Shown here piece after piece: positions 45,877 through 59,282 of a stretch of DNA of 64,000 bases. Both the position numbers and the translations under genes were made by a program. Source of the stretch: the human T2T-CHM13v2.0 reference genome, Homo sapiens. The number at the start of each line of letters is the position of its first letter. The first letter of the stretch is position 1. The stretch lies in assembly GCF_009914755.1 (NCBI RefSeq), contig NC_060929.1; one strand, written 5' to 3'. Under the pieces are notes generated by a model that saw only the letters and a program-made list of their open reading frames with translations, had not been told where the DNA came from and did no database searches.

Positions 45877-46561
45877 ACGTCCAAAAATAATAGATGATGG
45901 TGAGGTTGTAGAGAAAGAGGAATGCTTATCTACTGCTGGTGGGAATGTAAACTAGTTCAACCATTGTGGAAGACAATGTGGCGATTCTTCAAAGACCTAA
46001 AGACAGAAATACTATTCAACCCAGCAATCCCATTACTGGATATACACCCAAAGGAATATAAATCATTCTATTGTAAAGACACACGTACACGTATGATCAC
46101 TGCAACACTATTCACAATAGCAAAGACATGGAATCAACCTAAATGTCCATGAATCATAGACTGGATAAAGAAAATGTGGTACATATATGTCATGGAATAT
46201 TATCACTTTGCAGCCATAAAAAAGAACAAGATCATATCCTTTGCAAGGACATGGATGGAGCAGGAGACCATTATCTTTAGTAAACTAACACAGGAACAGA
46301 AAACCAAATACCACATGTTCTCACTTATAAGTGGGAGCTAAATGATGAGAACACAGGGACACACAGAGGGGAAAACCATACACTGGGCCCTATTAGAGGG
46401 TGGAGGGTGGGAGGAGGGAGAGGATCAGGAAAAATAACTAATGGGTACTAGGCTTAATACCTGGGTAATGAAATAATCTGTACAATAAACCCCCATGACA
46501 CAACTTTGCCTATGTAACAAAACTGCACATGTGCCCCTGAACTTAAAAATTAAAAAAAAAA
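45877..46561 (+). mobile_element. L1PA12/13-like LINE-1 3' end
   Basis: ORF2 C-terminus ([13 protein letters not shown]); 3'UTR 'aggatcaggaaaaataactaatgggtactaggcttaatacctggg'; poly(A). Confidence 0.9.
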
Positions 46562-47809
46562 CCTTAAGAATTATCTTTGGAAATTACTAGAATACCCACT
46601 CATTGTTATGAAAATTAGTAAATAGAAAAAATAATTAAGCACTTATCTTGCTTTCATCTCACATATTATATTTAGAGTAAGCAAATAATGCAAAATAGAA
46701 AAATCTATAAGTAGGCTATGGTCAGACTTCTGTAAACCAATGTTGTTGCAATAAATAGAACAGAGTAGTGTGTAAAAATGTAAGATTAGGAATTTTCTTG
46801 AAATCTTTGGGCAGAATTTTCTTAGTTTCTTTTAAGATCAAAATTTCCTAAATGTTCTTAATTTCCCTTCAGTGTGGATGTGTTCTTCCATCCACCCCTC
46901 CCAATGATAGAAGAGCAGGGACCTCAGCTCTGACCTACCCTATTGGGCTGCTTCCTTCCTCCATGTGAGTGTACTGACTCTAAAACGTCAGTTTCCTCCA
47001 GGAGTAACATGGAGAGCCTGACTGTGTTGTGTCCTTGTCACTTGTGTCTTCTTCCCTCTGTTTGTGAAAACAATCTTGAAATAGATTCCCGCAACGATTC
47101 TTGCTAAGTTTTAAAGTTGAAATAAATCTTTATGTTTTAGCTTAATAAATCTTTACTTATTTTCAAAGCACTTTCCTATAAATTATCTCATTTGATCATC
47201 AATAACGTTCTGAATAGTATAACTCAGTTGGGATGCTATCAGGAAGAAGTGGTTGTATTGAACGGTCTGCATATAAGATAGAAAGATATCCATTGGAGAG
47301 AGGGAAGAAAAATAAGAAAAAAATAAATATGAGTGGAGTATAAAAATAACAGCTTGATGGAAAGTGAAAGAAATAAAAAGATATATAGGAGGTTCAACAT
47401 AAAATGAGAGAAATCATGAGGAGGAGACATATAGATTGAGATCATCTACTGAAAGAGAAAACAGAAAAAAAGATATATGAAAAGAGAAAATAAAGATCAA
47501 GGAGGAAGGAATGGGATGGAACAGAAAAATGATAGATTTAATGAGTTCTGAAGTGTGTTAATCAAGTTAAACTGCTTATGCCTCATTGTGCCGTCCACTT
47601 AAGCTGTGACTATTAAAATAAGTTACAATCCATAATTTATTACCTCTGTCCTTTGAGAGGCTAATTAGCTTTCCTACAATTAAGCACTATTCACAACTCC
47701 TCAGCTGTTCTTATCAAACCTTCAACTGGCTATAAATGCACAGCCAAAGCAGTCCTTTGGGAGAGATGATTCCGTTGCAAAATTGTGTCAGAAAACACAC
47801 TCATCAGAG

Positions 47810-47990
47810 CAGTTTTCTCAAAGTGTGGCCCAGTGCTTTAGCAATAAAGACACCTATGATCCTTATTAAAATGCAGATTATCCTGGGTGTTGCCAGGAGA
47901 CACTAAATCAGAATTTCTGAAAATGGGGCCCAGGAAACTGCATTTTTAACAAGAATCTTAAGTGCTTCTTATATACACCAAAGTGTCTTC
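47810..47990. mobile_element. MER5A hAT remnant
   Basis: 'cagttttctcaaagtgtggccc...ttattaaaatgcagatt...aatcagaatttctg...ggggcccaggaaactgcatttttaacaag'. Confidence 0.8.
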
Positions 47991-49404
47991 TGTTAGAAGA
48001 AATAAAGCCAAGATTCAGACCAAGTTAATCATCTAAAGTGCTTACTGCTATCAGCTATTGGGTCTGGTACCTTTCAAAAGGAAAAAGAACAAAACGGTCA
48101 TCTGCTAGTCCTGGTCATCAGTAAGGTGATTTCAAAGAAACACTATTCTTCTCTGAATTGTTAGGTCTTCATTAACTTCCTTCTGCACCAGGTTGACCAA
48201 ATAAAATATGGGCATCTTTAAGGTTAAAGGAAAATTCAGCAATAAAGTCAGGAAGTGGACAAATGGCTGTAATTATGTGATGTTTGTTTCTTTCTCAAGT
48301 ATTCATTCTTTGTCTTATTTAATTTCCTTATTTAACTAATCATGGGAAAAGATAAAAATAGGAGCAATGTCCCTCATTATGTTATCAATAGTTGCTGTGA
48401 CTGAGTCCTCATTTCCCCAGGGAGATCAGACTGTGTGTCTTTAGCCCTGTTTGGGGATTTTTTTTTGTCTTATTGTTGTTTTTTTTCAATGTCTCTCCAT
48501 TCTATTTTACTCAGAGACTTAGATTCTTAGATCATTTATGTCATCACTAAGAGAGTTTATCAGGTCAAATAATGTTTTCCTTGCATTTTTTAATAACCCG
48601 TAGGTAAATAATGCATGCAATTTTCCCTGAAAGTAACATTTTCTTTGTGTATACTACATAAAAACAGCTGAAGGAAGTGAAGGATCCAGAGAGCATGCCG
48701 AAGAATATAAAATGGTAGACAAAAGAACCTTTATACTCCCTTCTCTTTGGCTTTAAAATATATATATATTTGCAATTCCTTAAGGGCTGTAAAAGATTGA
48801 TTGATTTTTACAAACCTTAAGGTATTACAAAGATTTGGCAGGGAACGTGGGGGATTAGATGTGGTTTTTGTTCTCTGCATATTGTTCATTTGAAAAATAA
48901 ACACATAAATGAAAGAATGGTTTGATGAAAATACAAACAAACGAGGTGTTTATGTTACTACAATTTCTATAATTTTACAGGTATATTAGTCAAAAGCTTT
49001 AATAAAATTGAGAAAAAGTAAAAGGCAGAATTTCTGATTATATCAAATGACTTTGACTAAAACTTCAATTAATAAGCTAAAAGAATAGGTCAAATAGGTA
49101 CAAACAGTCCACAACATTATCTTTCTTCATGACTGGCCTCTTAAAATCCACCTTGAGGGGCAGGCAGGCTCTGTCCTGCACCTGAATGAAAGTCAATGGC
49201 AATCCCATTACTTTGGTGACTCAGAGACTGAATGTTCTCTAGTCACATCTGTATACAAGAACACTTTCAGTTTATTAATTAAATGTTCATTCTTGTGTAA
49301 CAATTTTTAAAATTCCAAACTTCCTTCAATTTAAAATTTTGTGGCAATTATTTCCAAATTGATCTATAGATTCAATGTAACTCCTATTAAAATCCAATCA
49401 GGCT

Positions 49405-49709
49405 GGCCAGACGCAGTGGCTCAGGTCTGTAATCCCAGCACTATAGGAGGCCAAGATGGGCGGATCACTTGAGCTCAGGAGTTCAGTACCAGCCCAGGAA
49501 ACAAGGGAAAACCCCGTCTACACAAAGAATACAAAAATTAGCTGGACATGGTGGCGCATGCCTGTAGTTACAGCTACTCGGGAGGCTGAGGGAGGAGGAT
49601 TGCTTGAGCTGGTAAGGTCAAGGCTGCAGTAAGCAATATTTGTGCCACTGCACTCCAGCCTGGGTGACAAAGTGAGACTCTGTCTCAAAAAAACAAAACA
49701 AAACAAAAT
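49405..49709 (+). mobile_element. AluJ element
   Basis: J diagnostics 'ggaggattgcttgagc...gtcaaggctgcagt'; degenerate TSD aaatcc....aggct. Confidence 0.93.
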
Positions 49710-50280
49710 AAATCCTTTTAGGCTTTTTTACAGAAATTAACAAGCTAATTCTAAAATGTATATGAGAATGCAAAGAACTTAGAGTAAAGCAAACAACTTA
49801 ATAAAAACAAAACAAAGTTCCTTCTTTTATGTTGATAAAAATAAAATTTAAAAAAATAAGATGTTCAACACCATTCGCCCTTAGGGAAATGTAAGTTAAA
49901 TCCACAATGCGATACCATTACCACCGACTAGAATGGCTACAATCAAAACAACTGACAATATCAAGTTGGCCAGGATGTGAAGCAACTAGAACACTTATAC
50001 AATGCTGATGAGAATGTAAACTGGTATAATCACCTTGGAAAACAGTGCTTACCATATGATCCACCAATTCCACTTCTAGGTATCTACCCAAGACACATGA
50101 CCCATATGTTCACACAAAGACTTATACATGGAGTGTTCATAGCAAACAGTATTCATGATAGCCCAAAATTATAACCATTCTAAGTGTCCACTAACTGGTG
50201 ACTAGAATAACAAATTGAGATATATACACAGTATGAAATAATACTCACAAATATGATAGTAGTGATCATGATAGTAGTGA

Positions 50281-51272
50281 TGAGAGGTGAAAACGTGCTA
50301 GCAGCCCTGGCTCGCTTTCCGCGCCTCCTGGGCCTCCGCTCTGGCCACACGCCAGGAGCCCTTCAGCCTGCCGCTGCGCTATGAGGGCCCCTCTCTGGGG
50401 CTGGCCGATGCCCGAGCCAGCTCCCTCTGCTCACCGGAAGGTGTGAAGGGAGAGGTGCTGGCGGGAGCCCGAACTGCGCGCCGCGTTCGCGGGCAGGCGC
50501 GGGTTCTGGGTTGGCGCAGGCTCAGTGGGCCCCGCACTCGGCTCGGCCAGCCGGCGCCTGCGGGACTTGATCAGGGACTAGCTCCCTCTGGGCTGCCTGA
50601 GCGCCGGGGCTGGGTGCCGCAGAGCCCCGGTGAGACGTGAAACCGGCTGGGCTTCTGGGTGGAGTGGGGACTTGGAGAACCTTTCTGTCTGGCTAAAGGA
50701 CTGTAAGCACCAATCAGCACTCGGTGTCTAGCTAAAGGTTTGTAACGGCACCCAGCAGCACCCTGCCAAAACGGACCAATCAGCTCTCTGTAAAATAGAC
50801 CAATCAGCTCTCTGTAAAATGGACCAATAAGCAGGATGTGGGTGGGGCCAGATAACGGAATAAAAGCAGGCCACCATGCTGTGGAAGCTTTGTTCTTTTC
50901 GCTCTTTGCAATAAATCTTTCTGCTGTTTACACTTTGGGTCTGGGCTGCCTTTATGAGCTGTAGCACCGAGAAGGTCTGCAGCTTCACTCCTGAAGCCAG
51001 AGAAACCACGAACCCACCAGAAGGAAGGAGCAACTCCCGATGCGCCACCTTTAAGAGCTGTAACACTCACCGCGAAGGTCTGCAGCTTCACTCCTAAAGC
51101 CAGGGAGACCACGAACCCACCAGAAGGAAGAAACTCCGGACACATCTGAACATCTGAAGGAACAAACTCCGGACACACCATCTTTAAGAATTGTAACACT
51201 CACACTCACCACCAGGGTCCCTGGCTTCATTCTTGAAGTCAGGGAGACAAGAACCCACCAATTCAGGACACA
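50281..51272 (+). mobile_element. LTR12 (ERV9) solo LTR
   Basis: TGAGAGGTGA start, GGACACA end, 4-bp TSD GTGA (50277-50280, 51273-51276), CCAATCAGC repeats, repeated 'gaaggtctgcagcttcactcct' units. Confidence 0.96.
50705..50870 (+). promoter_or_regulatory. LTR12 U3 promoter module: four CCAAT (NF-Y) boxes, GT-box, GATA site, AATAAAA TATA-like box
   Basis: CCAAT at 50710, 50776, 50800, 50824; gggtgggg about 50839-50847; AGATAA 50850-50855; AATAAAA 50859-50865. Activity not shown. Confidence 0.65.
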
Positions 51273-51702
51273 GTGATACAAGTTAGTAGTGATACATGAT
51301 AGTAGTGATACATGTTACAATGTGGAAGAACTTCAAAGATATGCTCATGAAATAAGCCAGACATAAAAGATTACATATTGTATCACTCAATTGATATGAA
51401 GTTTCTAGAAAAGGCCCATGCATAGAGACTGAAAACACATGAGTGTTTGCCTTAAGGCTGGGCATTGAGTGGTTGCCTTAGGGCTGAGGTTGACAGAAAG
51501 AAACAAAAAAAATTTTTTGAGCTGGTGGAAATGTTTTAAATGTTTAGTTATGGTTGTGTAAGTCTATGAGCCTCCTAAAAATAACTGAAATATTTACTTA
51601 AAATAGTTAAATTTTATGATAGTAAATAAAACTGTTAAAATATGTAGGAAAGTATAAATAAACCTGTCACCTCAATAAAACTGTTTTAAAAAGAAAAGTT
51701 AA

Positions 51703-52328
<626 letters not shown>

Positions 52329-53823
52329 AGAATTTGTATGTCTACCTCAGGATATCTGAAGGTTGAAAGTCCGAAGTGAAAATTGGAGACATAGTGGGCA
52401 TTTCCCTTTTTGTTCTAACTCATCCCCTAGATGGGAATTAAATGGAGAGGAAAAAGATACGAGTTGATCCAGTGTTGATGTAGACAGAACATGAATGATC
52501 TTTAATGAGAGCTGTTTTTTTTGTCAGGTGCTTTATGGGCTTTTTTACACATCCTCACGTCCTGGGGCCCCTCACCAGCACTCCTCTCATCCAAATGGCA
52601 CTTTCGGTTAACCCCGTTGACTACTCTTGGATCCACTGCTACATCTGTTTGGGGTCCTTTATGTTCTAGTGGACATCTTGAGAAAAGTCCCTCTTGGATT
52701 GAAGAATGTCTTTCTTCAGCAGTTAACCTACAATTTGGTCCACTGGAAATATTCATCTTTGACCCATGGCAAAACCCATCAAGATTTTTGAGTGGTCCTA
52801 GGAGGCTCCTGCCCCTGACTTGAAGTAGGAGAAAACATGACTCATCCTCCCCTCACCCTAACATGGGGGGATGTTAGAACTCTCAGCTCATTCTTCAGTG
52901 TCTACATTTATTTGGCCAGATGTAATGGCTCTGCTAGGGTTCACAAAAACTTTTCTTAAACATCTTTTTTACAAGTTCTGATTAAGTGAGCTAGAACCTC
53001 ACTTTGAAATGTGAAAACTCTTAACCACCCATTTTCTTGGAGATTAGCCTAAACTGAGGCAGAAAGTCCCATTTTAACATACTGTTATACTATAATTTAT
53101 TTTTTAAAAAGGACAAGTGGTTTTAAACTTTTGCTACAACATAAGCCATTATCCTCATTTCACCTATGTATAACTAAGGGGAATTCAAAAAACTTAAATA
53201 TGTTTCCAATGGAATAGTAGGCTTTCCTGTGAATTACCACAGATAAAAAGGAGAAGACAAAGTTTATTTCAAAAGTCTTACAGAAATTTTTCTTTAGAGT
53301 CACAGAGGCCAGGAAAGTATGCCTACCTTATATAAATAAAAGCCCTGTCACAACCCATTTTCAAAGCAGATGTATAGCAGGATCCAGCAGGGGTTTGCAT
53401 CTGTTTCATGTGTGCTGGCCTTCCTCTGTAGAAGCTCTCAGCTGTGCAATCAGACACATTTTCACTCACCAGGGGAGATTAAAATCCATATGGTTTACTT
53501 ACTACTTGTCCTTGGACAGAATCCTGATGAGAACAGTGTAAGAGACCAAACAGCTATAGATTTCAGACAGGCTACTTGAATAAGATCTGACTGATTGTTT
53601 GGAAACAGTGTTTATCATTGCATCAAATATCTTTTAACAAATGCCAAGAAATGACTCCACTTGAAGAGTTCAGTTAGTTGGACAAAGCCCAGAGTAATTT
53701 CTGTTCCATAACACCTTGGAAAGTTTCAGAGGTTTCATGTAAGACCCAACTAACGTAGTATTGAAAATATATTAATGGATCTAAAAGTTCTGAATGTGAC
53801 CAAACTTATCCATTTCTTGATTA

Positions 53824-54666
<843 letters not shown>

Positions 54667-54726
54667 ATTAGATCTAGAATTTCACTAAACTATAAAGGGA
54701 GAATAAGCGAAATGCTCTCTACAGGG

Positions 54727-54895
54727 TCATTATTGGTTAATTCATTGGTTTACCTTGATATAAAATAAAATAAAATTTATTTAAAATAAAACAATTCATT
54801 TTTGGTTAATTCATCTGTTTACCTTGATATAAAATATAATAAAATGTATTTAAAATAAAATAATTCATCTGTTTACCTTGATATAAAATAAAATT
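54727..54895. repeat. Tandem triplication with unequal units (69 and 54 bp)
   Basis: TTTACCTTGATATAAAATA at 54749, 54818 and 54872. Confidence 0.9.
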
Positions 54896-55714
54896 GTTAA
54901 TATTTGTCATGTTACCTCTCACGTGGTTGTGAAAATTATTTAAAATAACTTATAAAAATGTTTCAAAAACATGAAGTGTAAAATGGGAAAAGATCACATT
55001 ATAATATTCTGGGATAGTTGTTTCAAGACATGTCCATATTAAAATTTCATTAAGAAAATATTAATTAAAACAATTAAGTTTTTGTAAATATGTTTGGCAA
55101 ATATCACTTACGAAGTGATTACACACAAGAAGCTGCCTATGGTTCAGTAGATGTCTGCTTACTATTTCCTCTTATCCTTCACACGTCTCACTTATATGTA
55201 GGGTATCCCAGCCTTCAGTAAGATCCCACTGACTCCTCTAATTTATTGTCTCTTGTTATTCATGCCAGGTTGATCGATATAGCAAAATGAGGCCATTTAA
55301 ATTATGCATGTGGAGATTGTTGCTATGTTAATTACTGTGCTACCCATGTATGGAAAGCATGAATATTGTTCTCTATTTCTGCTTTTACTCTTCAAGTTTC
55401 TCAGATATAATGACTTCCTCTTTATTTGCAAGTGTGAATTCAAGAGTTACTTAATGAGATAGGTCAAAAAACACATTTAATATTTCATATGGGATTTTCT
55501 CTTATCATGTTCAATGCTGATAATAGCTGGACTTGTATTTCATGTATGAATGTATTTATTCCTTAAAACCTTGTGTAGTACATAACCATTATTATTCTCA
55601 TATTATGAGTGACTAAACTACAGAACACAGAGTGTCAAGTAACTGCAGACACAGGCTGTGTACATAACCAGTATATTGAAGAACCCATATTTAAACCCAT
55701 TTATCTAATACCAA

Positions 55715-56170
55715 AGCTGGGTTCATTCAAGACATCCAAGAAGCAGACACCAAGACAGAATAAAAAACATAAGTATTTTATTTCAGAAATTGTCTATGGT
55801 AAAATGAGAAAGAAGTCAGAAAAGAATTGGAGAGATGTCAAACTACTATATAAGTCATTACAGAATTTTTAAAAAGGAAAGGAAAGGGTGGATGCAAGTG
55901 ATCTGGACAGCAAGGCAATCTAAGGAAGGTTTGGCAAGACCATCAGACAGTCCTCAGGCCAAAGTTGCCATTAGAGGAGTTCCCTGTCTCCCAGGACAGG
56001 GCTTCCCTTTAGCTCCCTACTGTGCTTAGTCAGTAACCAGGAGCAGCCAGTGGGAGGTGTGTGTCAGTGCAAGTGAAGCCGTGAGTTCTTGAACACAGCA
56101 TCTGTGGCCCATGGTCCATTATGCTCCCTATCTCTCAAGTTCCATATGGCACATTCTCAGGACTGCCAAC
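55715..56170 (-). mobile_element. LTR16A-like ERVL LTR
   Basis: 'gaagcagacaccaagacag', 'gccaaagttgccattagaggagttccctgtctcccagga', 'ggagcagccagtgggag'. Confidence 0.75.
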
Positions 56171-56546
56171 ACATTCTTAAGCACTACATTATATTGTCCA
56201 CAAGTCTAAAGTAGGGGGAAAGGACAAAGATAAACCAGAGAGACCAGTTCCTGACACTAAGTTCTAAGACCAAGTTTAGTAAAAGTGGGCAAGATGCAGT
56301 AGTGAATCCGGTATAACACAGATTTTAGAAATCCTTGCACATTTCTCCAAGTGAGAATTAGAATTTTAAATAATTCCTCTTTATAAGTCCAAATATGTTA
56401 TGGGTGAAAGGTAACATACAGTTTGGATGTATCTCAGATCTAAAACATGAGCCTGCAAGAGTTTGACATACCTGAGAAAACTGACCATTAAGCACTCAGG
56501 AATGTGCTGGGAATGTCCACAGTTACTTGCATCTAGTAAGAAGTTA

Positions 56547-57035
<489 letters not shown>

Positions 57036-57202
57036 TTATTTCTCTTAAGAAGGAGATTTTTCTCAAGTTTTTTCAATTGCACAGTTACCTAAGCATTGTA
57101 AGTTATATTATTTACATGCATATAAAAATATATCTTTAAAATGAGTCCATTGGGATGTTTCTGTCAATTATTTTCACCATGTTACACTCCAACAACCGTG
57201 AC

Positions 57203-57494
57203 TTTTTTTTTTTTTTGAGATGGAGTTTTGCTATTGTCGCCCAGGCTGGAGGGTAAGGGCATGATCTTGGCTCACTGCAACCTCCGCCTCCCAGATTCAA
57301 GTGATTCTTCTGCCTCAGCCTTCTGAGTAGCTGGGATTACAGGTGCACACCAGCACATCCGGCTAAGTTTTTTTGTATTTTTTAGTAGAGATGGGGTTTC
57401 ACCATGTTGGCCAAGCTGTTATCGAGCTCCTGAACTCAGGTGATCCACCCACCTCAGCCTCCCAAAGCGCTGGGATTACAGGCGTGAGTCACTG
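57203..57494 (-). mobile_element. AluS element with rearranged 5' junction
   Basis: Poly(T) at 57203-57216; reverse-complement Alu to 'ggcgtgagtcactg'. Confidence 0.95.
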
Positions 57495-57849
57495 AATTTC
57501 ACAGGCATGAGCCTGTGAATTTTTATACTAACCAATTTAACTTGGAAGTGAAAATTCAGAGGTCATGCAAGAAATGTCCATGTAATTAACTACCTTAGAA
57601 GTCCCCATTTTCTTCTACCTGGACCACTGTAATGATTTCTTACCAGATATTCCCACTTCAGCCTCATTCCTACTACAATCTATCATATACACTGTTTTCA
57701 GGTGAATCTTCTAAAGTAGCTACATATAAACTAAATACACAAGGATTTGAATTCCAAGCTTTTCTGATTCCTTGTGTGACTAGGAATGTCACAAAAGAAT
57801 CACTCTGACACTCAATTTCCTAATTTTCAAAATGCAAACAAGATGCTTC

Positions 57850-59282
57850 TGTCAGTTATTAATTTATTGTCCTTCAGCTCAAAATTTACCTTTCTTTGTT
57901 GGCTCCTACTCCTGGACTCGGCCAGCTAGCGTGATGTTAAGCTTTATCAGTAGAGGATGCTAGAGGGACACTGGAGGTGATAGGGGTTTCTCTTCCTCAT
58001 TCTGATGTGGTTCTATCCCAGGTTCCTGCAACACACATGGATCCCATGGTACCCAACTCCTGCAGCATGTGGCAGCCAGTAAGTAGTACCTGATGGCCAG
58101 CAGCTTGCAGCACATCTGCACAGGCAGCTTCCTGTGGCACTAGAGCAGCTTTGCAAGTGGTGCCAATGTCTCCATCCATCCTTGTGAACAGCATTCCCCT
58201 GTAACCCTTTCCACAGCTTTGCACATGAATTAGTCCGCACCTCCTTTCCCAGGGGTTCATTTTTCCTGGTTTCAGTTACCTGCTTTTCCAGATACCCATG
58301 GTCAACCATAGTCTGAAAATATTAAATAGAATAATCTAGAAATAATTCATGTTTTAAATTGCACGCTGTTCTGAGTAGGGTGATGAAATCATGCTCCTTC
58401 CCCCTGGGATCCAAACTGTATACATATACTAGCTTCCCACTAGTCATCGACATCGTTGGCTCCTGACATCCAACCGTCATCATTGTTATAGTTCAATGAT
58501 CCAGAATCACCCAAAGCAGATGATCCTCCTTCTGATGTATTGTCAGAAGGTCAATAGGAGCCTAAGGCGACACCACAATGCCTATGTCATTTACTTCACT
58601 TCATATCATCATGTAGGCATTTTATCATCTCATGTCATTACAAGAAGAAGGGTGAGTACAGTGAGATAGACTGAGAGAGAGAGAACACATTCATGTATTA
58701 CAGCATAACATGATAATTATTCTATTTTATTATTAGTTATTATTAATACCTTACTGTGTCTAATTTATAAATTAAACTTTATCATAAGTATGTGTGTATA
58801 GGAACAAACATAGAATATATAGGGTTCAGCACTATCCATGGTTTCAGGCATCCACTGGGGGGTCTTGGAGTATATCCCCCCATGGATAATGGGCAACTAC
58901 TGTAGTTCTAATTCTCAGGACTTCCCCATGAGCAACTTCCGCCATTACCCTGGAAGATAAATACCCCAGTGAGTCCTGCCATTGCAACACTTCAGCCAAC
59001 TTATCCACCATCAAGTGAGACACAGTTGCACCATTTCCAGCAAGTTCTGCATCTCAGTCCTGTGAGAGAAACTTCGTGCAGATTTGCCTCTTTCTTGTGT
59101 GCTGGGCACCCAGAAATAGGGGTAGAACCCTTCTACCTGTATCTGCTCTATTTAAATTCTTTAGAATTTTCTTTTCCCCTCACCAGCCAGCCCCATATTA
59201 TAGTTAGTAATTCTTATATTTAACTTTCCCTGTCTAATTTACTGTGTGATTTCTGTCTCCTAATTGGAACCTGATTTATACA
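57850..59282 (+). mobile_element. Old ERVL-type LTR (MER54/MER73/MER74 group; exact name uncertain) splitting a MIR and split by MER44
   Basis: TG start 'tgtcagttattaatttattg'; CA end 'actgtgtgatttctgtctcctaattggaacctgatttataca'; MIR halves at about 57740-57849 and 59290-59395. Confidence 0.6.
58230..58902. mobile_element. MER44 (C/D-like) TcMar-Tigger DNA transposon
   Basis: 'ggtttcagttacc...ggtcaacc..agtctgaaaatattaaat' and 'ggtttcaggcatccactgggggtcttgga...ggataa...actactg' followed by TA. Confidence 0.85.

Larger units (their letters stand above)
49343..51690 (+). mobile_element. Old L1M (MB/MC/ME-type) LINE-1, internally deleted, interrupted by AluJ and LTR12
   Basis: 'ccaaattgatctatagattcaatg', 'ttagggaaatgtaagttaaatccacaatgcgatacca', 'ccaccaattccacttctaggtatctaccca'; 3'UTR-like sequence at 51320-51690. 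Confidence 0.75.

Noticed and set aside
50443-51281. ORF cluster in a GC-rich, CpG-island-like region
   Set aside because: Entirely within LTR12; not a host gene first exon.
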